From: Myxococcales bacterium
Lineage (GTDB): Bacteria; Myxococcota_A; UBA9042; JABWCM01; BTVJ01
Direction of reading: 5' to 3'
Assembly (NCBI GenBank): GCA_045863395.1
Contig: BTVJ01000134.1
Location: forward strand, 1-14,306
Length of the DNA: 14,306 nt
Both the position numbers and the translations under genes were made by a program. Under the pieces are notes generated by a model. It searched no databases. It had not been told where the DNA came from and saw nothing but the letters and a program-made list of their open reading frames with translations. Each line of letters starts with the position of its first letter. Within the stretch, counting starts at the first letter, position 1. Below, piece by piece: positions 13,425-14,306 of this stretch.

Positions 13425-14258
13425 ATGCTCGTGCGTGCTCTGGCAGCGCTGACAGTCAGCGCGACGGCCGCGATCCTCGGAACGACAGCTCTGGCCGCCC
13501 CCCCCGAAGGTAGAATTTACGGTTTCCCCGCACCTTGCTTCGAGCTGGCGGGAGCCTGACTCCGCCGTGCTCCGCTTCGAGCTGCCGCCCGTCACGTCCA
13601 TCCAGATCGCCCGCCTGAGGTGTCCGACGCCGGCTCCGTTTACATCAGGAACCAGGCAGTCCATGCGGGTCACACCTACCAGTTCGCAACGACGGGATTG
13701 ACGCGGAGCGAGGACACGGTGATGCACCTCCGAGGAAACACGGGCGGAGGAGGGGGCTGGCAGTGGCTCGCCTCGAACGACGACATCTTTCACTCCGGCT
13801 GCAACCCGCTCCCGCCCGGTGTCACTACCTACTCCTCGTGCATCCAATACACGCCCTCGACGAGCCACCAGGTGAGCATCACTGTCCACGCCTACAGCGA
13901 CGCAGCGCGGGGGCGGATGGACTTCTGGGTCTACGATCTGGACGCCGCCAACCCTGTCATCTTCCGCGGCTCCAACGTGGCGTTCGCGGGGCGGGTCATC
14001 AGGACGTATGCGTGGAACGGGAGCAATCACCTGATCGATTGGGTCGCACAGGAGCGCCTCAACACGGCCTACGTCAACGGCGGAATGCAGCTTCTGAACC
14101 TTCTCGTGCTTCTTGGCTCGGAGCACCTGTACGCCTCCGAGAGCGGCATGGTCGGCGGCGTGTACCAGGGCATCTGGGGGCAACCGGAAGCCGTCCTCTA
14201 CGAGTCTCGCGCATCGCTAGAGGCCCAGTTTCAAGGCGCGGGGGGCGCCGCATGTTGA
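13425..14258 (+). pseudogene. interrupted gene for a secreted protein with a PPC-like (pre-peptidase C-terminal) beta-sandwich domain
   Basis: RBS GAGGAGG (13413-13419), ATG 13425 and signal peptide MLVRALAALTVSATAAILGTTALA|A. In-frame TGA at 13557-13559; the same frame then stays open to 14258 with AGHTYQFATTG...DTVMHL...LASNDD...SCIQY...ITVHAY...G, a PPC-type pattern. Could be a true pseudogene, sequencing indels or a phase-off allele. Confidence 0.6.
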
Positions 14259-14306
14259 CGCGCATCGGAAACCGCGCAAATCACAGCACGCCGGAGGGGG
14301 ACTGGC

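Noticed and set aside
12741..13452. Several ORFs across the atpZ upstream region (12741-13109, 12790-13257, 12856-13452, 13064-13426)
   Set aside because: Arg/Pro-rich, no consistent GC3 bias, RBS or motifs, and they overlap promoter-like and structured non-coding elements.
13557..13600. Selenocysteine recoding of the in-frame TGA
   Set aside because: Only a weak 4-bp GCTC/GAGC hairpin follows, there is no redox-motif context, and codon bias favours the +1 frame in this segment.
13119..14183. 354-aa minus-strand ORF
   Set aside because: Antisense to the signal-peptide/PPC-like gene, which has the RBS and recognisable motifs.

Overview
High-GC (roughly 70% by eye) chromosomal window, most consistent with a Myxococcota/deltaproteobacterial genome. 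Left edge (minus strand): tandem sigma70-type promoters followed by a boxB-like hairpin and a boxA motif, i.e. probably the leader of an rRNA operon that starts just outside the window. Next is a tightly spaced minus-strand operon: a very large (~1417 aa) ArnT/PMT-like GT-C glycosyltransferase with extra inserted domains, prepilin peptidase pilD, a HAMP sensor histidine kinase and an NtrC-family sigma54 activator. Divergent from it is a DUF6178-like protein preceded by a near-consensus sigma54 site. Converging on that gene is the Fo-only half of a split ATP synthase operon (atpZ-atpI-atpB-atpE). The right end has a ~600 bp non-coding region with palindromes and a strongly structured, possibly switchable RNA leader, followed by an interrupted gene for a secreted PPC-like-domain protein. 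No mobile element, CRISPR array or tRNA was recognised. All family assignments come from recognising motifs by eye, not from database searches.
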